This document shows, piece by piece, positions 24,326 through 37,995 of a stretch of DNA of 59,194 nt; position 1 is the first letter of the stretch, and each line of letters opens with the position of its first letter. A program made the translations under genes and the position numbers. This DNA comes from Macrostomum lignano. Lineage: Eukaryota. The stretch is taken from contig NIVC01003558.1 of NCBI GenBank assembly GCA_002269645.1, positions 1 through 59,194 on the forward strand, read 5' to 3'. The notes under the pieces were generated by a model. That model saw nothing but the letters and a program-made list of their open reading frames with translations. It had not been told where the DNA came from and ran no database searches.

Positions 24326-25544
24326 ACATGGTTGGTTGTGCAACTTAGTTTTAACAAAAATCCAATGTAGTTTTTGGCCAAAAATGCAACTTACATGTAA
24401 AAAAACCCTAAAGCAAAATTAATGCAACTTTGGATAAATGGCAAGAGTAACTATGACTGTCTTATTAAGCCAAAATTCCTCATCCGCTACTTAGTACTAC
24501 TATTTGGATGTTTTTTGGGTGGGCATTTTTGCGACTTCCTTGGTTGGCTGCCAAATTGGTCAGCCAGATTGGCCGACTCAGCTGACTTTTATGCATGTGT
24601 GTTATGAAAGCAACCCAGTATAGAGTTTCAGAAGTTAGAAAGCTTAATCTATAATCTGAATCATCAATCTATCAATATTGACCTCAAAGTCAAAAGTTTC
24701 ATCTATTGAAATTGATTTTTTATCTCTATCCTATTAGCAGAGGACACACAGGTAATGAAGAATGTGATTTGAGACTCAGATGCATGCTCAAACAAAATAA
24801 TACAAATGATTAAATAGCTTGAATGCCAATAGATTAGGCTCCAATGACATTGCTTTTGAGGAATGTTTCTGCCTCATCCTTGCAGTGATGTATAGCAATC
24901 TTTTGCCAATTCTAAGCAGGTGTCATTATAGTAAATTGGTTTTCAGGAACAGTTTTGCTCAAGTAGGATAGCACTTTTGGAAAGATATTTAAAATAACCT
25001 TTCCAAAAAATGTAGCAAGCAGATCCAGCATCCAGTAGTTGTGCTTTGGATTGCTAAGCAACTGCTGCAACAAAAATAGTATTATTGTTATTATATTCTT
25101 TTTCTAGTTAGCAAGCTATGAAATATGAGGTATTACAAAAGTTTGCGTACAAACTGCTCTAGCAAGAAATCAATAAGCAGCAGCATAATACAATAATATA
25201 TATAATATATAATACAAGTTTTGGTAATTTTGTTATAAAATACATAATTCATTATTAATTTAGCTACTATTTGCAAACATTTTTATGTGATTTTCTATGA
25301 GCTATGAGCTATAAGTTATAAATGATTATGAGATTTCTATTAAACAAACCTTAAGTCAATGATCTTTTTTTATGGCCAACACAAAGGTAATAATAATATT
25401 TTAAATAAAATAACCTAATAAAATAAAATAAATGATTAAAACACTAATAAAAATGTTTAAATATTGTGAAAAGTTAAGAAAAAGGCCAAAAGACTATAGA
25501 TCTTCTACCTGACTAAAATTTTAAAAAGAAAAAAAAGTTTTCAA

Positions 25545-28112
25545 AAAGGAAGTGCTTATCCCTATAGTCCCATGTTGATAATTCCAATTTTATTCACATG
25601 GATCTATCTGTGTCAATAATTTCTAGCTTATCCCTATGGCAGCTTATTGGAATAAAAAACCTTAAAATGAATCTGTTCAAAACCATCCCTTTTTTATCGT
25701 TTTACAAATCTTCCAAGTAAACAACTGAATAATGAATAGTATTGAGTACTTTGTTAAAACTTTTTTGTCATTAAAAGGGTTAATTTAAAATATTAGCTGC
25801 TTAGCTGCCGGCTTTGCTTAGAATGACCAAACGGACCCTAAGATCAAGGCAAATGTAGGGACTCCAGTGAGGTTACCGTAAAGCTGATAATTACACGAAA
25901 AATCGTAAAATAATGTTTTTTAAAAATGAAATTGCCATGCATAGAAAATGTTTATAGTAAAAACAAAATATACATGTTAAAGAAGAGTTTCTATTCTTTT
26001 TAATGAGATAAAGAAACAAAAAATATATACATTGTATGCCGAGTAATGTCCCACTGAACTTCGTCTTTTTTTTACTACACTCGTTTTGTTGCCAAAAAAA
26101 GTGACTTTCGAAAGTTCGTTTTTTTGTTGGAAAGCAATTATTTTAACAAAATATAACTATTTATTGATACAAACAACTATATTTACAAACATTTTTTGAC
26201 ATTTTGAGCAGAATTTTTTTTTCTTTTCTCCCTATTTAGACAGTATAAAAAAATTAAAGTTGAATAAAAATCGTACCCGTATTTCCGAAGCTTAGTAAAA
26301 CCCGGAAATGAATGCTACTCCGTAATATGATTACATTAAAAAAAACCGCACATGTCTATCTACATCCGCCAAAAAGTTATTGAAGCCTGTTTTTTGCCTA
26401 TCTCTTCAGTGTAAAATAGACGGATAAAACAGAAAATTTAAATTTTTTTTCTAGCAGTAATTTCCGAAGACTATTCTTCTACTGCATTTAATAGAGGAAC
26501 TTATAGGAATTCTTCACAGCACTTTTATATCTTTCCACATACATCCGCCGAGGAGCAGCAGCAATGTTTGCTTTTTAGTAGCGATACTACTTACATACTA
26601 CTTATATAAAAAGTGGCTTATTATGGCTTTTCTTAACCAAAAAGAAGACGTTTTACCATTGCAAATTAGTTTTGAAGGCAAAATAATACAAATAAATGTA
26701 TGCTTTAGCTTATTGAGCTATAGCAATTGCAATCCCAATAAATGACCCTTGAATGCACGTAACCTTGGTCTGCAATTCAAACTCCCATAAAAATGAACTG
26801 AATTTCATAAGAAATTGTGTTTTTTCCATTTGTAAGTTTAATATTAATAAGCAACTTCACAATATACAATTTTAAGTACAATATATTTTTAAATACTTCT
26901 TTACACTTGTTTACAGAAATGTTCATCGGTAACTTTATTCACAATATACAATTTTACAATAAGGATAGGCTCAATCAAAAAATATACAAGACAATAGTAT
27001 CAACAATTATTTACCTATATGTTTTACAGTTAAAAAGCAAAGCAGACAATATACATTATGTGTGTAAAGACAATAAGCATTAAATATATGCTAACTTCAG
27101 TCTTTAGTTGCAGCTACTCAACAAGCAATAATATTGGAAAAAAAAGAACAAGAGCTTTTAAATAAACCAAAGTACACAAAAAAAACATTTTCATATGTTT
27201 TTCATTAAAAAAACAAATCAAACTTTATATATATTCATTAGTCTAAAAAATATAATCATTCAAAGTTGAAAAATGTGCAATTTTAAGATATGCTATCAAG
27301 TTCCAGTAGCAAAAAAGTCACAAAATTGGTGAATTTTTTAACCTTTGTCAATATATAGGAAAAATTGGTATAAAAATATATACTTTTATATGTTGTGGAG
27401 TAAACAAATAAAAAAGATTTCAGAAAAAGCAATTAACTTTTAAATAATAGTCATTTGAAATTTTAATTTTGCTCTATTTTTGATATGCATTTTTCACTTT
27501 TTAAAAATTCAAATGCAAACCCCAAGAAAGATACATTAGAAAGAATAAAAACAATTTGTTAATCTTATGTAGAACTGCTTGGTCTTTAAAATGATACCAG
27601 ACTCAATATTGTATGTTGAATAGCAAAAAAGATATGACAACAAAAAGTGAAAAATTTTGTTTTCGTACATCTAATGGCAACAATCTATAATGTATTTTTC
27701 CTATCTAAAAAACGTAATTTTTTGGGCACAAAAATGCTATAACTTTTTTATTACTCAACTAAATTTAATAAGTGAAGCCATTTTGTGATGCTGTTATTGT
27801 CCTCTATCAGATACATATCTGAAAATATATAAATTTTAAAGTTTCAAAATCTCACTGGAGTCCCTAGCAAATGAGACTTGCAAAATTTAAAATTCAAAAT
27901 GTAATAATAATGAGTAATCTAAAAATATATTAAATCTCTAATATATAATACTAATAATAATGACAATATCAATTTAACGTCAGTACACAAAAATAAATAC
28001 AATCAACTGCACAATCTTAGCTGAGGGGATAAGCTGAAAATTATTGACACAGATCCATGTGGATAAAATTAGAATTATTGACATGGGACCGTGGGGATAA
28101 ACACTTCCTTTC
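25545..28112. mobile_element. Putative non-autonomous DNA transposon bounded by ~90-bp imperfect inverted repeats
   Basis: 25545-25640 (AAAGGAAGTGCTTATCCCTATAGTCCCATG...CACATGGATCT..GTGTCAATAATT..AGCTTATCCC) is the reverse complement of 28020-28112. The interior is AT-rich and non-coding. Confidence 0.5.
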
Positions 28113-30175
28113 ACTTCAGAAATAGTGTCAATAAAAGTCAAAGAGAGGCAATTCAGTGGGATGAACAATTTTTCCTTTGTTTTTTGCTAATTAGGTAATT
28201 ACTAGCAGACATTATATTTAAGTAGGATTAGGAATGAGCACCAGATTCAGAGCATGATTGCATTTTGTAACAATGTGATATGATAACTGATAAGTGATAG
28301 AGATAACCCATCTAAATATGATGAAATGATGAAAGATGAAACAATTAACTAAACTAAAATTGTATATTACCATTACTACCAGCATTCAGTTTTGATGATA
28401 ATATAATGCATGGCCAATGTCTGACTATTTAAATTTTGTGTGTAACAAAGAAAAATCGAAAAATTAATGCATAAATAAAGGAATTTAAACACGGTTTTAA
28501 AAATCCAGTTCTGTATTAGGTTGAAATTAATACATTTATCGTGCTTTCAAGTTATTTATATGCCTTGCGCCTTACTGCTAGTTATTTTGAACAATCAAAA
28601 TGTGGTCCAAATTTTGTTTTTCTGCGACAAAAATTTATAATTTTTGTAAATATTTTATAAATTTAAAAGTGCTTAAAATGAAAACTTCGCCAATTCTTAA
28701 TTCTCTGAAACGTAGTTTCCGTTACTTCTGACGTATGCACACTTTCAGCTTCACGTATTTTAGAGCAAACTTTAAGGTTTAGGCATTGAATTTTAAAACG
28801 ATGTTAACAGATAAAATTTTTTAAATCTCGCTTAATTAACGACTATGCGAACTACGAGTCCAAAATTCGGGAAGGTTTAAAGTCTGGAAACTAATCTCAT
28901 TTTAGTAAATGCCGGAACTTTTAAACTCGTAACCTAACTTGCCTATCGCCTTATGCACAAATCTTTTAACAAGACTTATGCACGTTTAACCACATGCAAA
29001 AAATAACGATTCAGTGAGCTTTTACATTTATCAAACATACTTGATAGTGTTTCTTCAGCAGCCGGCAATACAAAATATATCAAACATAGCACGTACATAC
29101 AAATACATGATTCGAGCAATTCTACTACGAGCATATAGTGTATTCTGTAATATAAAGTTTGAATCCCGTAAAGTTATCGGTCACGACAGTCAGTGGTTAT
29201 TGTATGGTAATTATTTCTCGTCATTATTTTTGCGTTTTGTTAACACAAATAGCAATTCTTAGGTGAGTGAATAACAAGCAAAAATAATATTATTAATTTA
29301 ATTTCGGGAATACGCAAAACTATTGCTTCATCGTGGCATTTCATAACACATTTGAATTTCAGAATTTTAATTTTATTTTATTAGTACATTTATGCCATAT
29401 TTTTTGCTGTACGAGTATCTAAACAGCATCAACATTCAAATCTAGTAGTACGCTGCAGTGCAAAACAATTGGGAAAGGGGGAGATAAGTTGTAAACTTAT
29501 ACAGTGATTACATTTATACTCGTTAAATTGCTCATGCATTGACCGGTTGGGAGGCTCTAATATATTGACAATATATTACTTGTAGTATGATATATAGGGC
29601 ATTCGGAAAGATCAGGCCAGCAATTGGACAGGATAAACATCACTGGGAATCTCTCACAGAAGCAAACCGGTGCATAGAATAATACCAAAGAAATACAGAC
29701 AACGGACAAACAAACAAACAATCATGAACTCGTAAATGAATAGTTCAAGACGAAATTAACTACACATGCTTTTAGAAGTTCGGGGGCAACAAAAAATGCA
29801 AACAAAACCACAAGTTTGGGGAGCGCCACGTGTTCGCAATTTCAGGCCAGGCACGGCAGAACAGTAGTCTGAACGCAATAACTTGTCGTGGGCTGTATAG
29901 GAAACCGAAAATAAGATTAAATAAGATTATGAACAGAAAGATGCGCATTGCACCGACTTCGGCGAATACAACGCAGGCAGTCCTCCTGGCACCAATAGCG
30001 GATTGCCGACGAAAATAATCAGAATTTAGTAAAATGAAACTTTTACTAACGAATAGGGCCCGCTGTTGTCACATACCAAATGCACAAAAGCTCACAGACT
30101 AGCTAACAGTAGCACAGCAAACTTCTAATCAGTGCCTTAAATTCCAACAACAGCCACGAGTCTCCCAACTGGGAG

Positions 30176-32370
30176 TTACAGCTGACCGGACTCGCGCAGG
30201 AACTGCTCATAATCGGCGTACATATCGTCAGTCATGCTCTGCGAGGCGTTCGACACACTGCCAGCGGCAGCGAATCCGGCCGGCGGGCGGCCCCAGCCAG
30301 AGGCGCGCAGCTCCAGCAGCCTGATGATGTCGGTGGCCAGGGCCACGTCGCCAATACGGCAGTGGGCGACGGCCTGGCGCAGCTGGTCGTAGAGATTCTC
30401 CAACTGGCCGGCTGGAGACGCGCTGTCTTCGCCGCCACCGTTGACCGCGCCGGCAGCGGAGTTGGCGCAGTCGATGTCGAGAATTTCCCCCACGGACAGC
30501 AGAGCAGATTGGATAGCACGGAAACCGGCCGGGCAGTCGGACAGGCCGGCCAGAAGGTTAAGAATCTGCAGCGACGACTGAAAATAGAATCCAAGATTGC
30601 TCTAGTTCATTGCGTGAAACTGTCGTTTTTATTAATCTGTCGTTTCTTTGAAACCTGGTCGTTTCTATGAAACCTGGTCGTTTCTATGAAACCTGGTCGT
30701 TTCTATGAAACCTGGTCGTTTCTATGAAACCTGGTCGTTTCTATGAAACCTGGTCGTTTCTATGAAACCTGGTCGTTTCTATGAAACCTGGTCGTTTCTA
30801 TGAAACCTGGTCGTTTCTATGAAACCTGGTCGTTTCTATGAAACCTGGTAGTTTCTACGAAACCTGGTAGTTTCTATGAAACCTGGTCGTTTCTATGAAA
30901 CTTGGTAGTTTCTATGTAACTGTCATAGCAAAAAATTCTTCTAAAATGCTTGAAATTTTCATAGCACCCTCACCCTTGCAATGGCTTGCTGTCGATCGGT
31001 TGGCGCGGTCGGGCTCGGCAAGCAAGCGTAGAGCAGACAGAAAAACAAAGCGTAGCCGGCCTTTTCTTCAGTGGCTGTCTTCTGCGCCACCAGATGGCGA
31101 CAGAGGGCGTCATTCTCAACTGAGCAGTGGCGCATCAGGGCAAGGTAGAATGGCAGGTTGGATAGCGGACTTGAGCGGTCGAAAAGCTGGGGACTGTCCT
31201 AGTAGCGAAGGATGAAAAAACACAACGGGTTATACGTCATATACGACAATTTTACATGAAAAGTAGTTCTGCGAAACAAATATTTCTACGAAACAGGCGT
31301 TTCTACGAAACAGGCGTTTCTACGAAACAGGCGTTTCTACGAAACAGGCGTTTCTACGAAACAGGCGTTTCTACGAAACAGGCGTTTCTACGAAACAGGC
31401 GTTTCTACGAAACAGGCGTTTCTACGAAACAGGCGTTTCTACGAAACAGGCGTTTCTACGAAACAGGCGTTTCTACGAAACAGGCGTTTCTACGAAACAG
31501 GCGTTTCTACGAAACAGGCGTTTCTACGAAACAGGCGTTTCTACGAAACAGGCGTTTCTACGAAACAGGCGTTTCTACGAAACAGGCGTTTCTACGAAAC
31601 AGGCGTTTCTACGAAACAGGCGTTTCTACGAAACAGGCGTTTCTACGAAACAGGCGTTTCTACGAAACAGGCGTTTCTACGAAACAGGCTTTTGTACGAA
31701 ACGGGAGTATCTACGAAGCAGGCATTTATACATGTAAGGGCTTGCTACAGTTAAAAAGAGACTTGAACGAAAGGATTGGTTGAAACATTCTCCAGGACAG
31801 GAAGTTAGTAGCTCTTACACGCACCTTTTCAGTTACAGTAAAGTTGAGCGCCAGGTAAGCCAGCAGCTCGGCAGCCAGATCGCAGAGGCCCCGGTCAGAG
31901 CTGGCCAGCCGCACAACAGACCTCACCAACTGTTCGCAATCGCTTCGAGTTTTTGCCCACCTGCGCAGTTGAGTCAGACTGGCGCCCATCTTAACCTCCA
32001 TCTGCTGCCGGTCCCCAGCTGAACGCAGGCTGCTAATGAGGCCGGCCGCCAGCTGGGCTGCCGCATCGTCGCCGGATGGCGCAGCAGCCGACGCTGACGC
32101 AGTTGTCGACGGGCCGCCAACGCCGGCAGCCGATGGCGCGGGCACAAAGTCGGCTACGTTGACATTCCATTCGTGAGCGGCAACATCGGGGACAACGCTG
32201 CTGCCCCCGCCGCCGCCACCGCTGCCAAGGATCGGGCGGCCAACAGCTGCGTTGGAGGCGGCTGCGTTGGCATCAGCGAGGAAATGCCTGCCATGCTGCT
32301 GCTGCTGTTCCTGACTGCCAGCCTCCTGCGATTGGCTGGGCGACTTCCTCTGCTGCTGCTGTTCGCTCAT
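30176..32370 (-). CDS. PAIP1: Polyadenylate-binding protein-interacting protein 1-like (PAM2 + MIF4G + acidic C-terminus); exons 32370-31825, 31198-30974, 30577-30176; 390 aa
   Basis: PAM2-like EWNVNVADFVP. MIF4G-type segments ALFFCLLYACL (human VLFLGELYLNL) and IIRLLELRASGWGR (human LLKLVELRSSNWGR). C-terminus SMTDDMYADYEQFLRES (human EMDPEIEEAYEKFCLES). Two phase-0 GT-AG introns; the middle exon is an open 75-codon frame. Confidence 0.85.
30650..30915. repeat. 19-bp minisatellite (GAAACCTGGTCGTTTCTAT) in PAIP1 intron 2
   Basis: About 14 near-perfect units. Confidence 0.95.
31285..31690. repeat. 17-bp minisatellite (GAAACAGGCGTTTCTAC) in PAIP1 intron 1
   Basis: About 23-24 perfect units. 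Confidence 0.95.
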
Positions 32371-34824
32371 GTCCAAGTTGCTGACTGGTACTAAACTTTT
32401 ATATTAATAATTTCACTGCCAAAAATATGGGCCTCGAAAGATGCAACGAAACTGGAAAGAATTCAGTGGGCTAAACTTGAAGGTGAATAATTGTTGAAAG
32501 CACATATTAGTGTCGACAATGAAAGAATTTAGGTTCATGCTACTTGAAATAAAGCCATTAAACTGGTATTCTCACTCATTAAAATAATGGGATATTTTTT
32601 AAATAAAGTCAAACGTGTGGGTTTCCAATAGCAACAAACATTCAGATTCAGACAGACATTGAAAAAATGCCTATAAATTTGGAATAATTTAGATCCAATT
32701 TACAGAGAATCATATTGAAATTGTTAAGAACCCCCCCCCCCTACATCAGAGTCAAAGTAGTTTAATTGATGGCTAGAAAGGCTTACAAAAAAATAAGTTT
32801 AATTATCTTTTTAATAAAATACTGGCTTTTATTCCTGGTACTAACGAAATAATTATAATTATTACTAACAAAGTTGTATGTTTTTAATTAATTTTGCATA
32901 ATACTACACGTTATTTAGATTTAGGCAAAGACTAAAGGCTGCAAAAAAGCCTAAATCTAATTTGATAGATAATTTAATTTTCCAAGATATAATGGGTGTC
33001 ATTAACATCAAGCTCATTGTGAAAATATGGATGAATTGTCTCTGTTGACTTCAATCTGTCTCTTAAGTTAATTGGCAAGAGTACAATAATTATTTAGGTC
33101 CTCATCTGATAGCTTATTTCTAGCATGAGGCTGTCAATATGCAATTTGACTTAGTTCCTGATGACCATCTCAACAAGTTTTCCTTCCAAAGAAGAAGTAA
33201 GCATTTATTTTTTTTGCTTTTTGAGACCAATGTCTGCATATGGCTATATAGATTAGAATATAATTTGAGCTAAATTATGGCTTTAGCCACTCCATTCATT
33301 CCCAAAGACTACCAAAATGGAGATTTTTTTCTAATTTCTATGCTTGCAGCTGGGAAAAGAAATAACTTTAAAAATTGTATGACTATGTGGAATTGGCTTT
33401 GGTGGGCCACATATAGCATCCAGGCTTTGCCCAGGCAACCACTTCATGAAGGTGAGCCTCATTTTTAGCAGAACAAATCATTTGAACCAACACATAGCTC
33501 CAATGAATACCAGCAAATCAATGGGAATGCTGAAGCCCAGCTAGCCAAGTGACCAATGATGAGAGAGCCAGCTGTCAGAACAGTTACCCTGCTGCTTCTA
33601 CTGGGACTCCTAAAGATCAACTTGTTATGGACTGCTCCTCAGTGAATGAAGTGACAGCAACAGTGACAGTATCAATTGACATTATAAGGAAGATTAATTT
33701 AGGAATTAATAATTCCAAGTATGTTTTTAGGAGCCAGCACCAAATGAGGCTCTCTGCAAATCATTGAGATCTGTATTGTCTTGTTGCCTACGCATGAGGG
33801 GGTACTATCATATTAGTATGGTAGAATCTAGAAAAAATTCACAAATTTCTAGATGGTAAGGGCTGAGTGCAAAATGCAAAGGTGCAAGGGAGAACTTACT
33901 TTTGTAATGAAGGAAGAATTCCAATTGCAAGAATGCTGGGAGTGGTACATTATTGGATGAGGTCTCTTTGACCACTCAAAAGACAGATAATCTGTTTACA
34001 AGAATAAGATGAGGAAGAACATTTGACAAAATTTGTCACAGAGCATAGGGCATCAAGAGTGCATCAAAAGCTATCTAATGAAGATTGACACATGCATAAC
34101 ATGGCAGTTTTCAGTTCACACTGCGCTAGCCTATCATGCTGGCATGAGTGGTTATTACAGCACTGGAGCAAACAGTTACAGTAGCAGTGTAGTGTATACT
34201 ACTTGAGCAAAAACTTTGATTCATGCAAATTGACATCTGTTATGGAAAGGATTGCCAAAAAGGTAAATGAGGAAAAATTACTATATAAGGACATAAATAT
34301 AGAATTACTAATTATGCAGACTGCTCTGCAAGAGAAATACCCATGAGTATTGTGTACATTAAACAAGTAATAGTTTACATAAATTTGTTTTTAATTGAGA
34401 TATTGAATCCTTAGATTTAGGTAATTTAAAAGGAAAGTTTTTATTCTGTTTTTGTTGAGTCCTAGTTTTCACTGATCAAAGTGTCAATTGAAGTTTAAAG
34501 TTTGTTTTTTAGTGAGCTGGCAATCTTTGTTCTCAGTGAAAGCTCAGTGCAGTAATATAATTGTTATTAATTGCATTGGTTACTTAGTCATTTTACTCCT
34601 TTATATTCTCAAGGAAATAGTTTATATATATATTTTTTTCTACTTATTCTATTTAATATTATTGATATAAGTTGCAAGTATATTATATATTTTTGTATTT
34701 TGTGCATACTTGGTCAGTCTCAGTTCAGTACTTTTTACTTTGCAATAAATTATTTATTAAGAAAGCAATTGATAGGCTTAGCTAGCTACACCTAGCTAGG
34801 CATTAGTATATAAAACTGGGCCTA

Positions 34825-36200
34825 ATGATGCTGCTAATACTTATAAGGGATAATAATTTAGGACTGAGGGGATTTAGATGTACTGCATGTGCTTTTTCTA
34901 ATAAGTGTTTATTTCAGTTTATTAGTCATATTAAGCTTCATCATTCTGTTGGTTGTATATGTTTTTTATGTCCAGTTGAGGGATGTTTCTATAGTAGTAC
35001 TACTATTGAAGGACTTCAAGCTCATGCATATCATATACATAAGAAAAACAATACCTTTCTTAGTCAGTAGTGACAATGTGTTATTAAAAAATTTAGAACT
35101 ATATTGCTCTCTCTAGAGCGTTATGGACAAGCATTCAAGCAAGCATACAAACCTTAGAGATTTAGTATATTTAGATTAGAAGAAGTAATAGTACTAATGA
35201 CAATGAGAATTTTGAAGAATTTGAAAATAATCTGGATACTAGCAATATTTAAACTATTACTATTGCCAGTATTGGCATTAATAATCCTAGTTTTGTAGCT
35301 TTAGGTCAAGGGCAAGAAAATAAGCATACTATGATAAATGAGCAAGAATGTAAATATTCTATTGAAGATATCCATAATAATATCAGAATTAATCTTGCAG
35401 AAAGTTTTGTTCAATTTTATTTAAAGTCTAATTATTTTTTTGAATCCCAAAGCAAATATCTGGCTAGTTCTGTAAGTTATTTAAAGAAATAATATTAAAA
35501 TTTGCTGAAGACTATCTTTCACTATTTGAAAAATTCCTAATAAAGGAATTTCCCTGTTTTGTTAGTAGTTTTAATAGTCAAAGGTATTTTAGATCTTGAA
35601 GAAATGATAGATTTATCATTAGAACATCTGCTTTCTAATCAAAAGATATTAGATATTTTATATACAAGTTTTAATTTAGTTTAACCTATGCAAGTTCCTA
35701 ATAATATTGTAAAATATTCAAAAAGTAAAGTTAAATAAAATGCTAAATAAAATGCTTGGCTCAATTATTAATGAAATATTATTGCAATATATGATTTCTA
35801 ATCCAAATCTATGCCTTGATAATGGCAGTGACTTTTTCAGTCTTTTTATTATAAAGAACATATTGGCAATTATATACCAAATAAAAAAGGTTTATTTTTT
35901 TAATTTTATTCAGATGAGATTGAAGTTTGCAACCCAATTGGTTCTACCAGTCTGCCAGAAACTGCCAGGATGCTGTCTTAAGATGGGCAATCATGGCATA
36001 GAGTATTTGTAAATGGGACAAACTTAGTTTTTGAGAACAAAACTGATTTCATTGTTGCTTTTATCATTGTATACATTGCTTTTAACCTCCAGCACATTCT
36101 CACCCTCAAGGCTTTCCTGGAAGTAGTGGAGGTTCTGGCTGGACTTTGAAAAAGAGCTTCCAGGAGGCCTGCTGCACTTCTGCTTGACACTCTTCAGTAG
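34825..36200 (+). pseudogene. Decayed animal EnSpm/CACTA-like transposon coding relic
   Basis: Two C2H2 fingers (FRCTACAFSNKCLFQFISHIKLHH; FLCPVEGCFYSSTTIEGLQAHAYHIH), then LCLDNGSDFF and SDEIEVCNPIGS (about 35910-35945), which resembles the LYxDxFEVxNPLG motif of animal EnSpm transposases. Many stops. Confidence 0.5.
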
Positions 36201-37584
36201 ATTTGTATTTTAAAATTTGTTCTTTAAAGACTCATTGCATTGCTTGCAGATTTGTATATTAAATTATCCAATTAACTTGTTTTGGGCCTTGGGGTCACAT
36301 AGGACTGCATGGATGATTTAAGGGGTTTAAAAATGTAATTTAATTTAATTTAATCGAATTTTAGTAAGCTCTTTGCTTTTTTATCTCCTACTTTTTCCCT
36401 GAGCAATTGGAGCATCTAAAGGGAAGCAAGTTTAGAACTGTAGCAAGAATATGCATCTAGCAAAAAGACACATTTTCATGTGACATGCTGACATGTTTAT
36501 TTGGCTGCAATTTATTGCTTGATAAGTGCACTATATTGATTACATTTTTGCAAAGAAATTGAATGCTGTATACCAACATATTAAGAATATGACCAATTTC
36601 ATAGAAACCAAGCAACCCCTTTGCAAGTTTTGCAAGTTCTGTGGCTTGGAAAAGCTTGCTATCCAAAGGAAGCAAATTGAATAGGTAACTTAATGCTTGA
36701 TATATGCATTTTATATATAGAAAAGGATTCAACCAGCTTGCAAGTCATTTTTGCAAAATTTTAGATTGAATGCCTTTCTTACCTTTTTGGTTTCACAAAA
36801 TATATTAGAATAGCTAGAAAAGCATGGCAAATGTTTGCTTCAATTGTGTCAGACTTGATGCATAAAATGTTAACTATGCTACATAAGGAAAGAGACAATG
36901 CAATTATTTTGAATGAGGTTTGACATGATATTTATATTATAAGGTGCTTTATGTTTTGTTGCACAAATGTTTCAATGCTTATATTCTGGAATTGATTCTT
37001 AGTTGCTGAAAAGATTGTTCCTATATCTAAATTGATGGCACTAATTTTGTTTGACTTTATTGATATAGACAGCTATTTAGCAAAATTATTCTTAGCTATA
37101 AATTGTGATAGTGAATCACTTTGAAACTGATTTGATTGTGTGGTAGGCAGATTGGTTTCTTAGGCAGATTAGGCACTCAATTAAACTGTGGGGAAGTCTA
37201 AAAATCATAATATTTCTTCTTGGATGACTCAGCAGATTTGCAAAAATTTTTGCCATTTTGAAAGTTAGCTTAGGTTTTTATTTCTTCTAGTAGTTGCTTG
37301 ACAACTTTGCTGTCTTAATGACTTGTGACAATCCAATTACATAGTTGGCACTCTAGACAGTGGGTGCAGAATCTTAAAAAGTTGCATTTACTTGCAATTT
37401 CTTATAAGGCTACCTTTGTTGTTTCCTTTGCTTCCTTGTGTTGCTTTTTGCTAACCTTAAATGCTGGCTGGCACTTTTTGTTTTTTAATATTCTTCCCAA
37501 TAATAATAAAAGTAATACTATTATTAATATTAATAAAAATAAAGTTCAATATATTTAAAACATCCCTAAAAATTGTTGCTACAA

Positions 37585-37995
37585 GATATATCTTTAATTA
37601 TGAAGAATCTTATTGTTTAAGGTATCTTTTAAAGCAAAGACATGTTTAAAGCAGCTGTGCAATTTTTATATAGAAAGAGCAAAGTATGACAATGCATAAG
37701 CTTTTTAAAAAATTATTTGGTACATTTTAAAACATTGTAACAATCATTGCTAGGGAATATTTTAGCTTGTGAAGCATCTTTGTTGGTGTTTGATATGTAT
37801 TTTAAAGCAGAGACATATGTAAAGCAACTGTGCAATTTTCATGCAGAAAAAAACTAAGTGTGACAATGCAATAGCTTTTCAAAAATGATTATATACATTT
37901 TTGATATCTTTAAAAATGTTATACCAATAGTTGCTAGGGAATATCTCAGCTTAAGAAGCATCTTTGCTGGTGTTTGAGGTGTCCTTTTAAAACAG
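37585..37995. repeat. Diverged ~175-bp tandem repeat (about 2.3 units)
   Basis: TTTAAAGCA..GACAT..TAAAGCA.CTGTGCAATTTT...TGCTAGGGAATAT...GAAGCATCTTTG recurs at about 37628, 37801 and 37985. Confidence 0.6.

Noticed and set aside
30650-31690. CRISPR-like repeats (GTTTC/GAAAC ends)
   Set aside because: The units are head-to-tail with no unique spacers and no cas genes, and they lie in eukaryotic introns.
33840-34000. CxxxxC...H pattern (VRAECKMQRCKGELTF...FDHS) suggesting a MULE/WRKY-type zinc domain
   Set aside because: Broken by stops and too short to call; treated as part of the decayed transposon block.
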